Shown here: piece after piece, positions 39,015-49,000 of the stretch
Numbering within the stretch: the stretch's first letter is position 1
Layout of the letters: every line of letters starts with the position of its first letter
The notes under the pieces: generated by a model
What the model was told of the DNA's origin: nothing
Seen by the model: only the letters and a program-made list of their open reading frames with translations
Database searches by the model: none
Made by a program: the position numbers and the translations under genes
Source of the DNA: Acidobacteriota bacterium
Lineage (GTDB): Bacteria > Acidobacteriota > UBA6911 > RPQK01 > JAJDTT01
NCBI GenBank assembly: GCA_965209055.1
Contig: OZ242374.1
Span: forward strand, 2,240,001-2,304,000
Reading direction: 5' to 3'
DNA length: 64,000 nt

Positions 39015-40216
39015 CAGACCCCCCGTATCCGAACCAGGGACTTGTCAATGTCGGCAATCCTGGCGACGCCGGCCAGCCCCATATCCAGCGCCAACTCCAC
39101 TCGAAGCAGTTCCAGCACACGGGAGACTCCCCGGTGCCCGAAGCAGGTCAACCCCCAGAGGTAGGGACGCGCCACGCCCACGGCGGTGGCTCCCAGGGCA
39201 AGGGCCTTCAGGATATCCCCGCCGCGGCGAAAGCCGCCGTCGATCAGCACGGGCAGGCGGCCCCTGGCCGCGGCGACGCACTCGGGCAGCGCCTCGATGG
39301 TGCCGCCCACGTGATCCAGTTGCCGGGCCCCGTGATTGGAGACCACGACCGCCGCCACGCCCTGTTCCGCGCACTTCGCCGTGTCCTCGGCCGTCATGAC
39401 CCCCTTGATGATGATGGGCAGGTCCGTCAGCTTCATCAACTGGTCCAGCGTTTCCCAGGTCGGTGTGGGAAACGGACGCTCGGGATAGACGCCGGTGCGC
39501 CAGAAGCGGTCCCGGGGTGTGTAGATCAGATTCCCTTCCGCGTCTCTGGGAATTCCGGTATCACACCACCCGCGTACGAACCGGTTGTAGATGCTCCGTT
39601 CCCGGTAGGAGACGTGCATGTTGTCCACGGTGAAACAGATGCCGGCGGCTCCCTGATCCTCCAGCCGCTCCACGAAGTTCAGCATGCTGTTTTCATTTCT
39701 GAACTCGCCGCCGGTCGTGTACTGCCACCAGTACCTGGGGCCCTCGCCCGATTCCAGGTATTCGTCGATGCCGCCGTTGGTGATGAACATGGCTCCGGAA
39801 GCCGCCGCGCCGCGGGCGGCCTCCTCTTCTCCTCCCGGGAAGAAGCAGTTCTTGCCCCCGGCGGGACAGACGAAGATGGGATAGTCGAGTTTCGTGCCCA
39901 GGAAATCGATGGAGGTGTCGATCTTGTGGACGTCGGTCAGGATCTTGGGGCGGAGGATGATCCTCTCGAAGGCCTTCCGGTTGTCGCGGAGTGAAATCTC
40001 GTCCTGGGAGCCTTCGGCCATGTAGTCCCATGCCACCGGGTCGAGCTTGGACTGGGCCAGCTTTTCAAAGTCGAAGACATTGACCAGATCCAGAAGCTGC
40101 TTCTCGTTTTCGGGGGACGAAAACGCTGATTCGAGCAGGCCGGTCCGTCCCGCCAGAAGCGGAGAGGAGATCAGGAATTGGGCAAAGGCGGCTAGGGCGT
40201 GGCGTCGAGTGAGCAT
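39014..40216 (-). CDS. FMN-dependent alpha-hydroxy acid oxidase/dehydrogenase with twin-Arg leader
   Basis: IIKG, SNHGARQLD, DGGFRRGGD, GVARPYLWG; starts MLTRRHAL. Confidence 0.92.
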   Translation of the reverse strand: MLTRRHALAAFAQFLISSPLLAGRTGLLESAFSSPENEKQLLDLVNVFDFEKLAQSKLDPVAWDYMAEGSQDEISLRDNRKAFERIILRPKILTDVHKIDTSIDFLGTKLDYPIFVCPAGGKNCFFPGGEEEAARGAAASGAMFITNGGIDEYLESGEGPRYWWQYTTGGEFRNENSMLNFVERLEDQGAAGICFTVDNMHVSYRERSIYNRFVRGWCDTGIPRDAEGNLIYTPRDRFWRTGVYPERPFPTPTWETLDQLMKLTDLPIIIKGVMTAEDTAKCAEQGVAAVVVSNHGARQLDHVGGTIEALPECVAAARGRLPVLIDGGFRRGGDILKALALGATAVGVARPYLWGLTCFGHRGVSRVLELLRVELALDMGLAGVARIADIDKSLVRIRGV

Positions 40217-40343
40217 CGAGGACGATCGGATTTTCGGTGGACCCGTTGCGGGTTCAGTCTAACAGTTGCCGGATGGCCCGGAAACCCGGTGAAACCCAGC
40301 GCGGCGCTTGTGGAATAATTGCCGGCCACCCTGGAGGAATGCC

Positions 40344-41336
40344 ATGGAATTGACCTGGGAGCCGACGGACGCGGACCGGGAACTGTTCGAAAGGGAGTTG
40401 GACGGCTTCGTTCCGGACCGGATCTACGACGTCCACGCCCACCTGTACGAGTTGTGGCAGTGGAAGAAGCCGACGATCCTGGAGGGTGGACCCGAGAAAC
40501 TTCCCCTTCAGCGTTACCGGAGAGAGATTCAGTGGATCACTCCGGGACGGAAGACCCATGGCCTGTTCTTCGGCGGCGGACTCCACGAGGAGACCTTCCG
40601 GGCCTCCAACGAGTACGTGGCGGCCCAGGTGGGCCAGGACCCGGCCTCGCGGTCCCTGCTCATCGTGTCCCCCCACATGGACCCCGAGGAGGTGCGCCAG
40701 GAGGTCCGGCGCCTCTCCATGGTGGGATTGAAGGTCTACCAGCATTTCGCTCCGGGCGAGGAGACGTGGGAAGCCGAAATCGAGGAGTTCCTGACTGAAG
40801 AGCACGTGCGGGTGGCGCACGAAGAAGAGTTGGTCATCATGCTCCACATGGTCAAGAGCCGGGCCCTGGCGGACCCGGTCAACCAGGCCACCATCCGGCG
40901 CTATTGCGAAACCTGGCCCAGGATGCGCCTGGTCCTGGCGCACTCCGGCACCGCCTTCAACCCGCACCATACGGCCGAGGGGATCCACTCCCTGGCGGGG
41001 CTCCAAAACGTCTGGTTCGATACCTCGGCCATGACCGAGGCGGGCGCCTTCGAGCCCATCGTCCGGCAGTTCGGCCACACGCGCCTGATGTGGGGGTCCG
41101 ACTATCCCATCAGCCATCTGCGGGGGAGATGTGTCGCCATCGGCGACAACCATATCTGGCTGTACGAGAACAACATCGACTGGGACGCCATCTCTTATCG
41201 GAAGATCCAGCCCCTCTATCTGGGTCTGGAATCGTTGAGGGCACTCAAGACGGCGGCCTGGAACCTGCGCCTCTCCGACTCCCAGGTCGAGGACGTCTTC
41301 TGGACCAACGCGCGAAAGCTGTTGCGGCTGGAGTAA
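40344..41336 (+). CDS. Amidohydrolase family 2 protein
   Basis: DVHAH, LKVY, MLH, LAH, FDTSA, WGSDYP. Confidence 0.9.
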   Translation: MELTWEPTDADRELFERELDGFVPDRIYDVHAHLYELWQWKKPTILEGGPEKLPLQRYRREIQWITPGRKTHGLFFGGGLHEETFRASNEYVAAQVGQDPASRSLLIVSPHMDPEEVRQEVRRLSMVGLKVYQHFAPGEETWEAEIEEFLTEEHVRVAHEEELVIMLHMVKSRALADPVNQATIRRYCETWPRMRLVLAHSGTAFNPHHTAEGIHSLAGLQNVWFDTSAMTEAGAFEPIVRQFGHTRLMWGSDYPISHLRGRCVAIGDNHIWLYENNIDWDAISYRKIQPLYLGLESLRALKTAAWNLRLSDSQVEDVFWTNARKLLRLE

Positions 41337-41358
41337 CCGGCAGGTCGACGGGCCCCGG

Positions 41359-41541
41359 CTACTTGTCCCGGATCTGCACCAGCAACAGCGTGACGGCGAA
41401 AGCCAGAAAGCCCATCGATCCCCTCCAATAGACGACCGCCTCGTTGCCCAACAAGTTCCCTCCGCCCAGAAAGCGGGCCAGCGTCCCCACGATGAAAGCC
41501 AATACGGCCAGGAATATCAGGATGCTGATCAGTTGATTCAT
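41359..41541 (-). CDS. Small two-TM membrane protein
   Basis: 60 aa, two hydrophobic helices, AGGGGAG RBS. Confidence 0.7.
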   Translation of the reverse strand: MNQLISILIFLAVLAFIVGTLARFLGGGNLLGNEAVVYWRGSMGFLAFAVTLLLVQIRDK

Positions 41542-41637
41542 GGAATCTCCCCTTTCTCCAAGGCGGCGCCGGAGCACTTGCGAATTCGTTGCCGGGACGA
41601 ACAGACGTTTATTGGCAATACTCCACCCGGATGAGAA

Positions 41638-42006
41638 CTAACCGGACCGAACTTTGGGGGGTGCTGCGTCGCCGTCGGACGGGCCGTTTGAGGGACCAGC
41701 GAACAACACGACGTAGTCTCGTTCGATCTCAAGGTGGAAACTCTTCGGCAGTCGCGCCCAATCGTGTGCTTGAACGAGGATCGGGATGTTGGACCGCTCC
41801 AGCGCCTCTATGAAATCGACGTATTTGTCCCTTGGGACCGGTTCCAGCGTCGGACTGCGCAATACCAGATCCAAGTCGCTGCCTGGATGGCTCTGGCCGT
41901 TGACGCGGCTTCCGTAGGCCCAGGCCTCCACTTCCGGCAGATGTTTCCCCAATAGGGCTTCAATCTGCTTCCGGTAGCGCTGAGGCAGGTCCAGATGCTC
42001 AGTCAT
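41638..42006 (-). CDS. MNT minimal nucleotidyltransferase (antitoxin)
   Basis: YGSRVNGQSHPGSDLDL = GS-x10-DxD motif. Confidence 0.9.
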   Translation of the reverse strand: MTEHLDLPQRYRKQIEALLGKHLPEVEAWAYGSRVNGQSHPGSDLDLVLRSPTLEPVPRDKYVDFIEALERSNIPILVQAHDWARLPKSFHLEIERDYVVLFAGPSNGPSDGDAAPPKVRSG

Positions 42007-42421
42007 CCGGGTTCTCCGCTATAACCCGAGCCATCTCCTTGGCATCTTCTATGAAACGGGGCAATAGCCTGAGCGTCGTTTCGGCGAAGTCCACGCCGTA
42101 CTGGTGCGCCGTGTCGTTTCGGTTGTCCCGGTATTCGAGCCAGCGTTCGCAACTGTCAACGGAGATCAACCCATGTTTGGCGGCATGGCGGAACCGGTTC
42201 GTGAAGGTGAGACGGTCCGCCCTGCGGTTGCTGGCAAAGTAAGGTCTGAGCCGTTTCTTCAGCAGGCTGCCGCTTTGCTCCAAGATTAATTCAAACTCTT
42301 TGACACAAGCCGCGCGAAAGATGTCATAGGCAACGTCACCCGCGTCATGCTGCTGCAACTGCTCGAACGCGGCCTCCAAAGTGCGGATACACTGAGTGAC
42401 GAAATCCGTGTTGAGGATCAT
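41999..42421 (-). CDS. HEPN domain protein (HI0074-like nucleotidyltransferase substrate-binding; putative RNase toxin)
   Basis: VKEFE, RNDTAHQY = R-x4-H-x-Y; overlaps MNT start. Confidence 0.9.
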   Translation of the reverse strand: MILNTDFVTQCIRTLEAAFEQLQQHDAGDVAYDIFRAACVKEFELILEQSGSLLKKRLRPYFASNRRADRLTFTNRFRHAAKHGLISVDSCERWLEYRDNRNDTAHQYGVDFAETTLRLLPRFIEDAKEMARVIAENPDD

Positions 42422-42555
42422 ATTCCATTAACTGTCCCAAACCCCAAGCGCTCCGGATTCGTCTCGATTGGCGCGTCCAGCGTAGCGGCCCTGAAGATGA
42501 CTTCCGCCAAGACTTCGGTCCTGAACGGTTTGCCGTCCAACTCGAATCGAATCAC
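42418..42555 (-). pseudogene. Probable 3' remnant of type I R-M methyltransferase (HsdM)
   Basis: ...DGKPF...LDAPIETNPERLGFG resembles HsdM C-termini; ATGA overlap with HEPN gene. Confidence 0.45.
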
Positions 42556-42839
42556 GGGTCCATTTTAGACCTCATTCCTCACCCGTGCACCAGACAAAGG
42601 GATACGAGAACTGAAGATCGCCGCCGAAAAGTTCATGGTGAGAATCTCTCGCGGTGTGGGCTGGATTCTCATGATCACGCTTGGCGGGGATTTCCGCTTC
42701 CCATCTGCACGCCGTGGAGTCCACTCCGGGATCTGTTACTCTACGGAAACCACGTGGATTCAACCATCTGCGATGGAATGCGGGACCGGCCGCGAAGTTG
42801 GGCATAGGCGTCTGCGATGAAGACTGGAGAGGAGCCGCA

Positions 42840-44336
42840 ATGATCGGGGGAAACCAATGCTTGAGCTTCGGGGATAGGATTCGATTCGGAAACCGGGGTG
42901 CCCTGCTCCTGCTCCTGGCCACGCTCGTTTCTTCACCGATCGGCGCCGAAGACAAGCCGGTCCGGGACATCGGCTCGCGGCTGGAGCTTTTCCTCGACGA
43001 CACCCTGATCGACCGCCTGCATGGCGCACGGCTCAAGCTGCACAGGCCCCGTTCCAAGGGGATCGTGCTGCGCTTCAATGAGCCTTGGGAAGGAGAGTTT
43101 GCCGGATTTCCCAGGATTGTCGACGACTCCGGGACCTACCGCATGTACTACCGCGGCCTTCCTCCCTGGAAGAAGGGGGAACCGCTGGTGGAATCCACCT
43201 GCGTGGCCGTGAGCCGCGACGGCATCCACTGGGAGAAGCCCAACGTGGGCCGGATCGAACTCCTGGGCTCGACCCGGAACAACGCCGTCTTCGAGGGGAG
43301 CGGTTTCGCACCCTTCCTGGATACCCGTCCCGGGGTGCCTCACTCGAAGCGCCTCAAGGCTCTCAAGGGGCCTCCCCGGTTGGAGACCGGGATCGGTGTC
43401 CGGGCATACGTCTCATCCGACGGCGTCCACTGGGAGGTGATGCACGACGCGTATCCCGGGGAGCGGTTGGGAAGCGTCTTCTGGAGCGCGGTGGAGGAAC
43501 GCTACGTCCAGTACGTCCGGTCCGACGACGAAAGGAGCGAAGAGCTGATCCGCACCGTCAGCCGGGCCACCTCCTCGGACTTCACGGGCTGGGGGGAGTT
43601 CTCCTTGATGGACTTCGGTCCGAACCCCCCGACCCGGGAGGAGCAGCTCTACACCATCGGCGTCCGTCCCTATTTCCGTGCGCCCCACATCTACCTGGCG
43701 CTGGCCGCCCGTTTCGTGCCCAACAAGAGGTCCCTCACCGACGAGGAGTGCGAGAAGCTGGGACGGCATCCGCTGGGGGGCGGCTGCAGCAGCATCGCCG
43801 ACACCGTTCTGCAGAGCATCCGCGCCTCTGAGCCTGACCGGATCCGCTGGACGTTCCCGGAGGCCTTCGTCCGGCCGGGATTGGAACCCAGCAGTTGGAG
43901 CGCCAGGACCAACTACCCGGGAGAGGGCTTCATCGCCACTTCGAAGGACGAGATCTCCTTCTACGTCCAGCGGGACTACGGCTTCAAGACCAATGGCATG
44001 GAGCGCTTCGTGGTGCGGACCGACGGTTTCGCCTCGGTTCGCGCGCCCTACGGCGGCGGCGAATTCCTCACCCGGCCCCTGCGGTTCTCGGGAAACGAGC
44101 TGGTCCTGAACTACGCCACGTCGGCGGCGGGCGGAATTCGCGTCGAGGTACAGGACGGGATGGGAGAGCCGATCCCGGGACGGAGCCTGGACGACTGCCC
44201 CGAGATCATCGGCGACGAGATCGAGCGGGTGGTGCGTTGGAAGGACGGCCCGGCTCTGGGCCGGCTCCAGGGGACGGTCGTCCGTCTGCGCTTCGTGATG
44301 AAGGGCGCCGATCTCTATTCGATCCGGTTCCGCTGA
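42840..44336 (+). CDS. Secreted beta-propeller glycosidase-like protein (paralog family of 21195-22673)
   Basis: LELFLDD, YRMYYRG, SRDGIHWEKP, R-DGFAS, ADLYSIRF. Confidence 0.75.
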   Translation: MIGGNQCLSFGDRIRFGNRGALLLLLATLVSSPIGAEDKPVRDIGSRLELFLDDTLIDRLHGARLKLHRPRSKGIVLRFNEPWEGEFAGFPRIVDDSGTYRMYYRGLPPWKKGEPLVESTCVAVSRDGIHWEKPNVGRIELLGSTRNNAVFEGSGFAPFLDTRPGVPHSKRLKALKGPPRLETGIGVRAYVSSDGVHWEVMHDAYPGERLGSVFWSAVEERYVQYVRSDDERSEELIRTVSRATSSDFTGWGEFSLMDFGPNPPTREEQLYTIGVRPYFRAPHIYLALAARFVPNKRSLTDEECEKLGRHPLGGGCSSIADTVLQSIRASEPDRIRWTFPEAFVRPGLEPSSWSARTNYPGEGFIATSKDEISFYVQRDYGFKTNGMERFVVRTDGFASVRAPYGGGEFLTRPLRFSGNELVLNYATSAAGGIRVEVQDGMGEPIPGRSLDDCPEIIGDEIERVVRWKDGPALGRLQGTVVRLRFVMKGADLYSIRFR

Positions 44337-44360
44337 ATCTCGATCCGGTTCCGCTGAATC
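44319..44360 (+). repeat. Perfect 2x21-bp tandem repeat TCGATCCGGTTCCGCTGAATC
   Basis: Direct observation; spans upstream stop codon and ends 3 nt before next ATG. Confidence 0.95.
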
Positions 44361-44363
44361 GTC

Positions 44364-45956
44364 ATGGGTGTCACCCGCAAGCCTGCTTTGGATCGGCGCA
44401 GCTTCCTGGCCGGTTCCGCCTCGTTCCTGGCGGCGGGGCGGGGACTGCGGGGCCGGAAACGCGCCTCCGAAGAGAGAACGCGAGACTACCGAATCGTTTA
44501 CAACGACGATTCCTTTGCGCCCATCCTCATGTCCGAAAGCCTGGAGCACTTCCTGGAACTGGCCGTCGACAGGTTTCAGGGGACCCAGGTGGATGCCCTC
44601 TTCTGGAACGTCATCTCCAGCGACGTGCTGCACTACCCTTCGGAGGTGGCGGAGATGGTGGGCGCCCATCTGGACGGTTTCGAATCGGCCGACTACTTCC
44701 AGTGGTACCAGCGCCTGATGAAGATCGTCGAAGAGCGGCCCGATTATCTCCAGGCCATGAATGATCGGGCTCGAGCGCGCGGTCTGGAGTTCTTCGCCTC
44801 GCTGCGGATGAACGACTGTCACGAGAGCCCGGTCTGGAAATCGATGGATACCCTCAGCCGGTACCGGAAGGAGCATCCCCAGTTCCTGTTGGGAGATGCG
44901 GTCCATCCCGGCTTCAGCACCGGATTCGATTTCGCCCATGCCCCGGTCCGGGAGCGCCGCTACCGGATCGTCGAGGAGCTGGCGACCCGCTACCGCCTCG
45001 ACGGCATCGAGCTGGACTTTCTGCGGCATCCGGCCTACTTCAAGCCGGATGAGGCCTACCGCAACCGGCATCTCATCACCGGCCTGGTCCGCCGGGTCCG
45101 GGCGCTGTTGGATCGGCTCCGGGAGGAGACGGGCCGGAGGGTCCGGCTTGCGGTTCGAGTCGCCACGCCCATGGAGATCTCGCTGCGGATGGGCCTGGAC
45201 GTGGAGACCTGGATCCGGGAGGGACTGCCCGACCTGGTCATCGCCGCCACGCCTCGCGGCTTCGAGTTGAGCCTTCCCTTGGAGCAGTACGTGGAAGCGG
45301 TTCGGGACCGGCCCATCACCCTGTTGGCCCAAATGGGCTGGCACCAGCCGGTGAAGGAAGCCCGCGGCGCCGCCTTGAATTTCTGGGACCAGGGGGCCCA
45401 CGGCATCTATCTCTTCAACTGGTACTCGCGAAAGGATCGGCATCACGAGTCCTTGCGCGAAATCGGCGACCCCGGCGTTCTGCGGAGGCGGGACAAGGTC
45501 TATCCGGTCCATACCCAGGAGGGCGATCTTTGGGCCGGCACCCACCCTCCCGCACAACTTCCCTTGCGCTTGTCCACCGCGTCTCAGGGGGACGGGGCGG
45601 ACGTCCGGCTCAGGATCGGGGACGACTTGGCCGCGGACGCCGCGGATGGCCGTCTCCGGAGCGCCCGGCTGCGGATGCGGTTCAAGAAGCTTCATTCCGA
45701 CGACAGTGTGGAAGTGGCGCTGAACGGAATCCCCCTGGCGCCTGAGACCGGAAAGCGCAGGATCGACGATGCCAACATGTACGTCTGGAAGTACTGGATC
45801 GAGTATGAGTTGCCGATTCCACCGCTGCGGGCGGGAGTCAACCGTTTTCTAATCCGGCTCGCTCACCGGAACCCCGGTCTGGACGGGCCGGTCACCTTGG
45901 CGGAGATGAAGGTGGAGCTGGACTACCGGGACGGCGACGATAGCCGAACCGTCTGA
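44364..45956 (+). CDS. Tat-exported GHL10-like TIM-barrel protein with C-terminal beta-sandwich
   Basis: DRRSFL; YNDD, SLRMNDCH, DFAH--VR, DGIELDFLR, GIYLFNW. Confidence 0.8.
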   Translation: MGVTRKPALDRRSFLAGSASFLAAGRGLRGRKRASEERTRDYRIVYNDDSFAPILMSESLEHFLELAVDRFQGTQVDALFWNVISSDVLHYPSEVAEMVGAHLDGFESADYFQWYQRLMKIVEERPDYLQAMNDRARARGLEFFASLRMNDCHESPVWKSMDTLSRYRKEHPQFLLGDAVHPGFSTGFDFAHAPVRERRYRIVEELATRYRLDGIELDFLRHPAYFKPDEAYRNRHLITGLVRRVRALLDRLREETGRRVRLAVRVATPMEISLRMGLDVETWIREGLPDLVIAATPRGFELSLPLEQYVEAVRDRPITLLAQMGWHQPVKEARGAALNFWDQGAHGIYLFNWYSRKDRHHESLREIGDPGVLRRRDKVYPVHTQEGDLWAGTHPPAQLPLRLSTASQGDGADVRLRIGDDLAADAADGRLRSARLRMRFKKLHSDDSVEVALNGIPLAPETGKRRIDDANMYVWKYWIEYELPIPPLRAGVNRFLIRLAHRNPGLDGPVTLAEMKVELDYRDGDDSRTV

Positions 45957-46025
45957 GACGTGAGAGGGTAGTTGTCGCGGCCATCTTCTCTCGGAGTCCG
46001 TGAACGAGCGGCAAGGAGATCGATC

Positions 46026-47246
46026 ATGATTCGAAGGGATTTTCTGAAGACCGCGGCGGGGACTGCCGCCGCTCTCGGTTCGGGGTCCGCCTCTGCGGCT
46101 GCGGCCGAGACGGCGGCACCGACCTATCGAGCCGGCGTCATCGGCCTGGGCTGGACCGGCGTCCTCTACGATCTGGCCGGCCGAGGTGGGCTGCACCGGC
46201 AGGGAACCTATTGGGATCCCGCCTACGACATGGAGGGAGACCGCCCCACGCCCGGCGAGATCGACGTTCACCGGAAGTTCTACCACCACGATCACCCGGG
46301 GAACGAGGGTCTGCCCGTCTCCTACTCGGAAGCGCTTCACTCCCGTCCCGAAGTGGAGCTGGTGGCGGGAGCGGAACGGGACCGGAGACGGTTGGCGATC
46401 TTCGGGGAGCGCTATGGAATCGATGCCCTCTACACCGACGCCATCGAGATGTTCCGCCGCGAACGGCTGGACATCGTCGCGGTCTGCACCAACGTGAAGG
46501 GCCGTTCCTTTCTGACCTGCGCCGCGGTGGAGCACGGGGCCAAGGCGGTGATCACGGAGAAGCCCATGGTCTTCACCCTGGAGGAGGCGGACCGGATGGT
46601 CCAGGCTTGTGCGGACCGGGGGGTTCCGCTGGTGGCCGGAGCCATTACCACGGTCCATCCCTCTTTCGAGAAGGCGAAGCAGATGGTTCTGGACGGGACC
46701 ATCGGAGAGGTGGTCTCCATTGAGGCCGGCTTCTACCTCTCCCAACATCAGAACTGGACCTACTTCATCGACAGTCCGCCGGCCTGGGTGAGCGGCATCG
46801 GCGACAGCCCACGCCTGGAAAACGGCAGCGACGAATTTCGGGGTCAGGGGATGATGGTGACCCGGAAGGGTCAGGTGGTCCACTTTCGGCCCGGCGGTCC
46901 CATGATCCGGGTCAGTGGATCGAAGGGGGAGATCAGCTTCGACCGCAGGGGAAGAGGATGGAGGATCTGGCGGGACGTCAAATCTCTGTCCGGCCCGACG
47001 CGGCGAGTCGAAGTCCCCTGGCCCGATCCCAAGTTCGTGGGTTCCTATGGAGCCGTCAACTGCCTCGACGATGCCCTGAGGTGCCTGGCCGGAGACTTGG
47101 ACGAACCCAAGAACTCGGGCCGGCGCGTGGCTCAGGCCATGGAGGTGGAGATCGCCCTCAAATTGTCCTCGGCTCGCGGCGGAGAGCGGGTGGAACTTCC
47201 CCTGGCCGACCGGTCTCTGGGCCTGAACTACGCCTGGTTCCGTTGA
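46026..47246 (+). CDS. Gfo/Idh/MocA oxidoreductase with Tat signal
   Basis: IRRDFLK; VIGLG, EKPM motif. Confidence 0.88.
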   Translation: MIRRDFLKTAAGTAAALGSGSASAAAAETAAPTYRAGVIGLGWTGVLYDLAGRGGLHRQGTYWDPAYDMEGDRPTPGEIDVHRKFYHHDHPGNEGLPVSYSEALHSRPEVELVAGAERDRRRLAIFGERYGIDALYTDAIEMFRRERLDIVAVCTNVKGRSFLTCAAVEHGAKAVITEKPMVFTLEEADRMVQACADRGVPLVAGAITTVHPSFEKAKQMVLDGTIGEVVSIEAGFYLSQHQNWTYFIDSPPAWVSGIGDSPRLENGSDEFRGQGMMVTRKGQVVHFRPGGPMIRVSGSKGEISFDRRGRGWRIWRDVKSLSGPTRRVEVPWPDPKFVGSYGAVNCLDDALRCLAGDLDEPKNSGRRVAQAMEVEIALKLSSARGGERVELPLADRSLGLNYAWFR

Positions 47247-47271
47247 GCAAAAGGGAGTTTGGCAACCGAGG

Positions 47272-48975
47272 ATGAAACGCAGGCGCTTCTTTCTGACCGC
47301 CCTGACCGCTGGACTCTCCTCGCGCCTGGCCAGGGCTCGAGGCGAAACGGCTCGCAAGAGCCGTGCCTCGCCGGGCTCTCCGATCCCCCGGATCATGTTC
47401 ACCCACGACAGCCGCCACCCGGCCGTCTACATGTACGAACCGCCCATGGAGCGGGAGGAGTTCGAGGCGGCGGTGGACGAGCTGGCGGGGACGCCCGTGG
47501 ACGCCCTGATGTTCGGCCTGGCCGACGGCCGGACCTTCTTTCACGACACCAAGGTGGGGGAGATCTGGGGGGACCCGATCCGGAAGTGGCCCCACCTGAT
47601 CTTTCGGCGGGCGCGCCAGAACGTCAAGATGATGTTGGACCGGGGCCAGGACCCGCTCCGAATCGTCTGCGAACGGGCCCGGGCCAAGGGCATGCGGTTG
47701 TACCCGACGCTGTTGGTCAATCAGTGGTTGTTCGGGGATTCTCCCCAAGATGACGTCAGGGCATCCAGCTTCCGCTGGAAGAACCGGCATCTGGAAATCG
47801 GCGCCGCCGGGGATCTGGAGGAATTCCCAGGGAAGACTCATCTGGATTTCAAGCATGAAGCGGTCCGGGAAGAGCGGTTGGCCGTGATTCGGGAGGTGTT
47901 GAACAACTACCCCGTCGATGGATTCGAACTCCATCTCAATTACGCCGGACCCTTCTTTTTTCACCCGGATCGGGTCGCGGCCGGCCGCAAGATCATGTCG
48001 TCCTGGGTGTCTCAGGTCCACCAGGCGGTGAAGGCCAGCGGTGCGGAACGGGAGCTGGTGATTACGGTTCCGGTCGACCTGGAACGCGCCTATTCCCGGG
48101 GACTGGACGTGCGGCAGTGGATCCGCGACGGAAGCGTCGACGTCCTGGTGGGTGCGTCCCACAACTCCATGGATCATGGGGCCGACTTCCGGCCCCTGGT
48201 CCAAGCCGCCCGGGGCTCCTCTTGCCGGGTCTACGCGGGTCTCAACGGGCAGGTCTACTCCGACCGGCTTCAGAACTCCGACATCACCGTCGCGCGGGCG
48301 GGCGCCTGCAACTACTGGGCCCAGGGAGTGGACGGGCTCTACCTGGACCAGTGGTACGCCCGCTGGCCTTACCAGGCATCCTTCTACGAGCAGCTCCGGG
48401 AGGTGCCCCATCCGGACGTGATGGCCGCCAAGGACAAGTTCTACTTCGTGCCGACCCGGGCCGGGACCCGGCTTCGCTCCCACGAGCCACCGTTGCCCCT
48501 TCCGCGGAAGCTGGAGGTGGGACGGGCGGTGGCAGTCGATTTGGAGATCGCGGACGACCTGCCCCGGTGGGATCGCGCCGGCCGCGTCCACGAGGTTCTG
48601 CTTCGCCTGCGTATCGCCGGGACCACCGAGCTGGATCGTTGGCGGTTCACCCTCAACGGCCGGCGTCTGCCCGAGCAGCGGATGAGAAAGATCAACCAGA
48701 TCTACACCATGAGGTCCCCCAGGAGGCAAAGAGTCGCCGGCTACTGGATCGTTTTTCGTCCGGACCGGGAACAATGGCCGCGGCAGGGAAGGAATCGGAT
48801 CGAGGTCACCCTCCTGGAGCGGGATCCGGACGTGACACCGCCCGTCGAGCTCCGGGACGTGGAACTGGAGGTCCGGTACCTGCGGGGGAAGAATTCCTGG
48901 AGGGGCCGGGATCCGGACGATCTGGGCAGAAACGAGACCATGGTCCGCCTGGGGCCGGGAGCCCGCTTGGTATGA
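47272..48975 (+). CDS. Tat-exported GHL10-like protein
   Basis: KRRRFFL; HDSRHP, LDFKH--VR, VDGFEL, NYWAQGVDG. Confidence 0.78.
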   Translation: MKRRRFFLTALTAGLSSRLARARGETARKSRASPGSPIPRIMFTHDSRHPAVYMYEPPMEREEFEAAVDELAGTPVDALMFGLADGRTFFHDTKVGEIWGDPIRKWPHLIFRRARQNVKMMLDRGQDPLRIVCERARAKGMRLYPTLLVNQWLFGDSPQDDVRASSFRWKNRHLEIGAAGDLEEFPGKTHLDFKHEAVREERLAVIREVLNNYPVDGFELHLNYAGPFFFHPDRVAAGRKIMSSWVSQVHQAVKASGAERELVITVPVDLERAYSRGLDVRQWIRDGSVDVLVGASHNSMDHGADFRPLVQAARGSSCRVYAGLNGQVYSDRLQNSDITVARAGACNYWAQGVDGLYLDQWYARWPYQASFYEQLREVPHPDVMAAKDKFYFVPTRAGTRLRSHEPPLPLPRKLEVGRAVAVDLEIADDLPRWDRAGRVHEVLLRLRIAGTTELDRWRFTLNGRRLPEQRMRKINQIYTMRSPRRQRVAGYWIVFRPDREQWPRQGRNRIEVTLLERDPDVTPPVELRDVELEVRYLRGKNSWRGRDPDDLGRNETMVRLGPGARLV

Positions 48976-49000
48976 CCGTGTTGGATGGGGAGAAGAGAAC

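Noticed and set aside
37696-39120. 474-aa ORF as one large cytochrome
   Set aside because: The 5' part overlaps the propeller gene in another frame; the real start is the GTG at 38250 followed by a signal peptide
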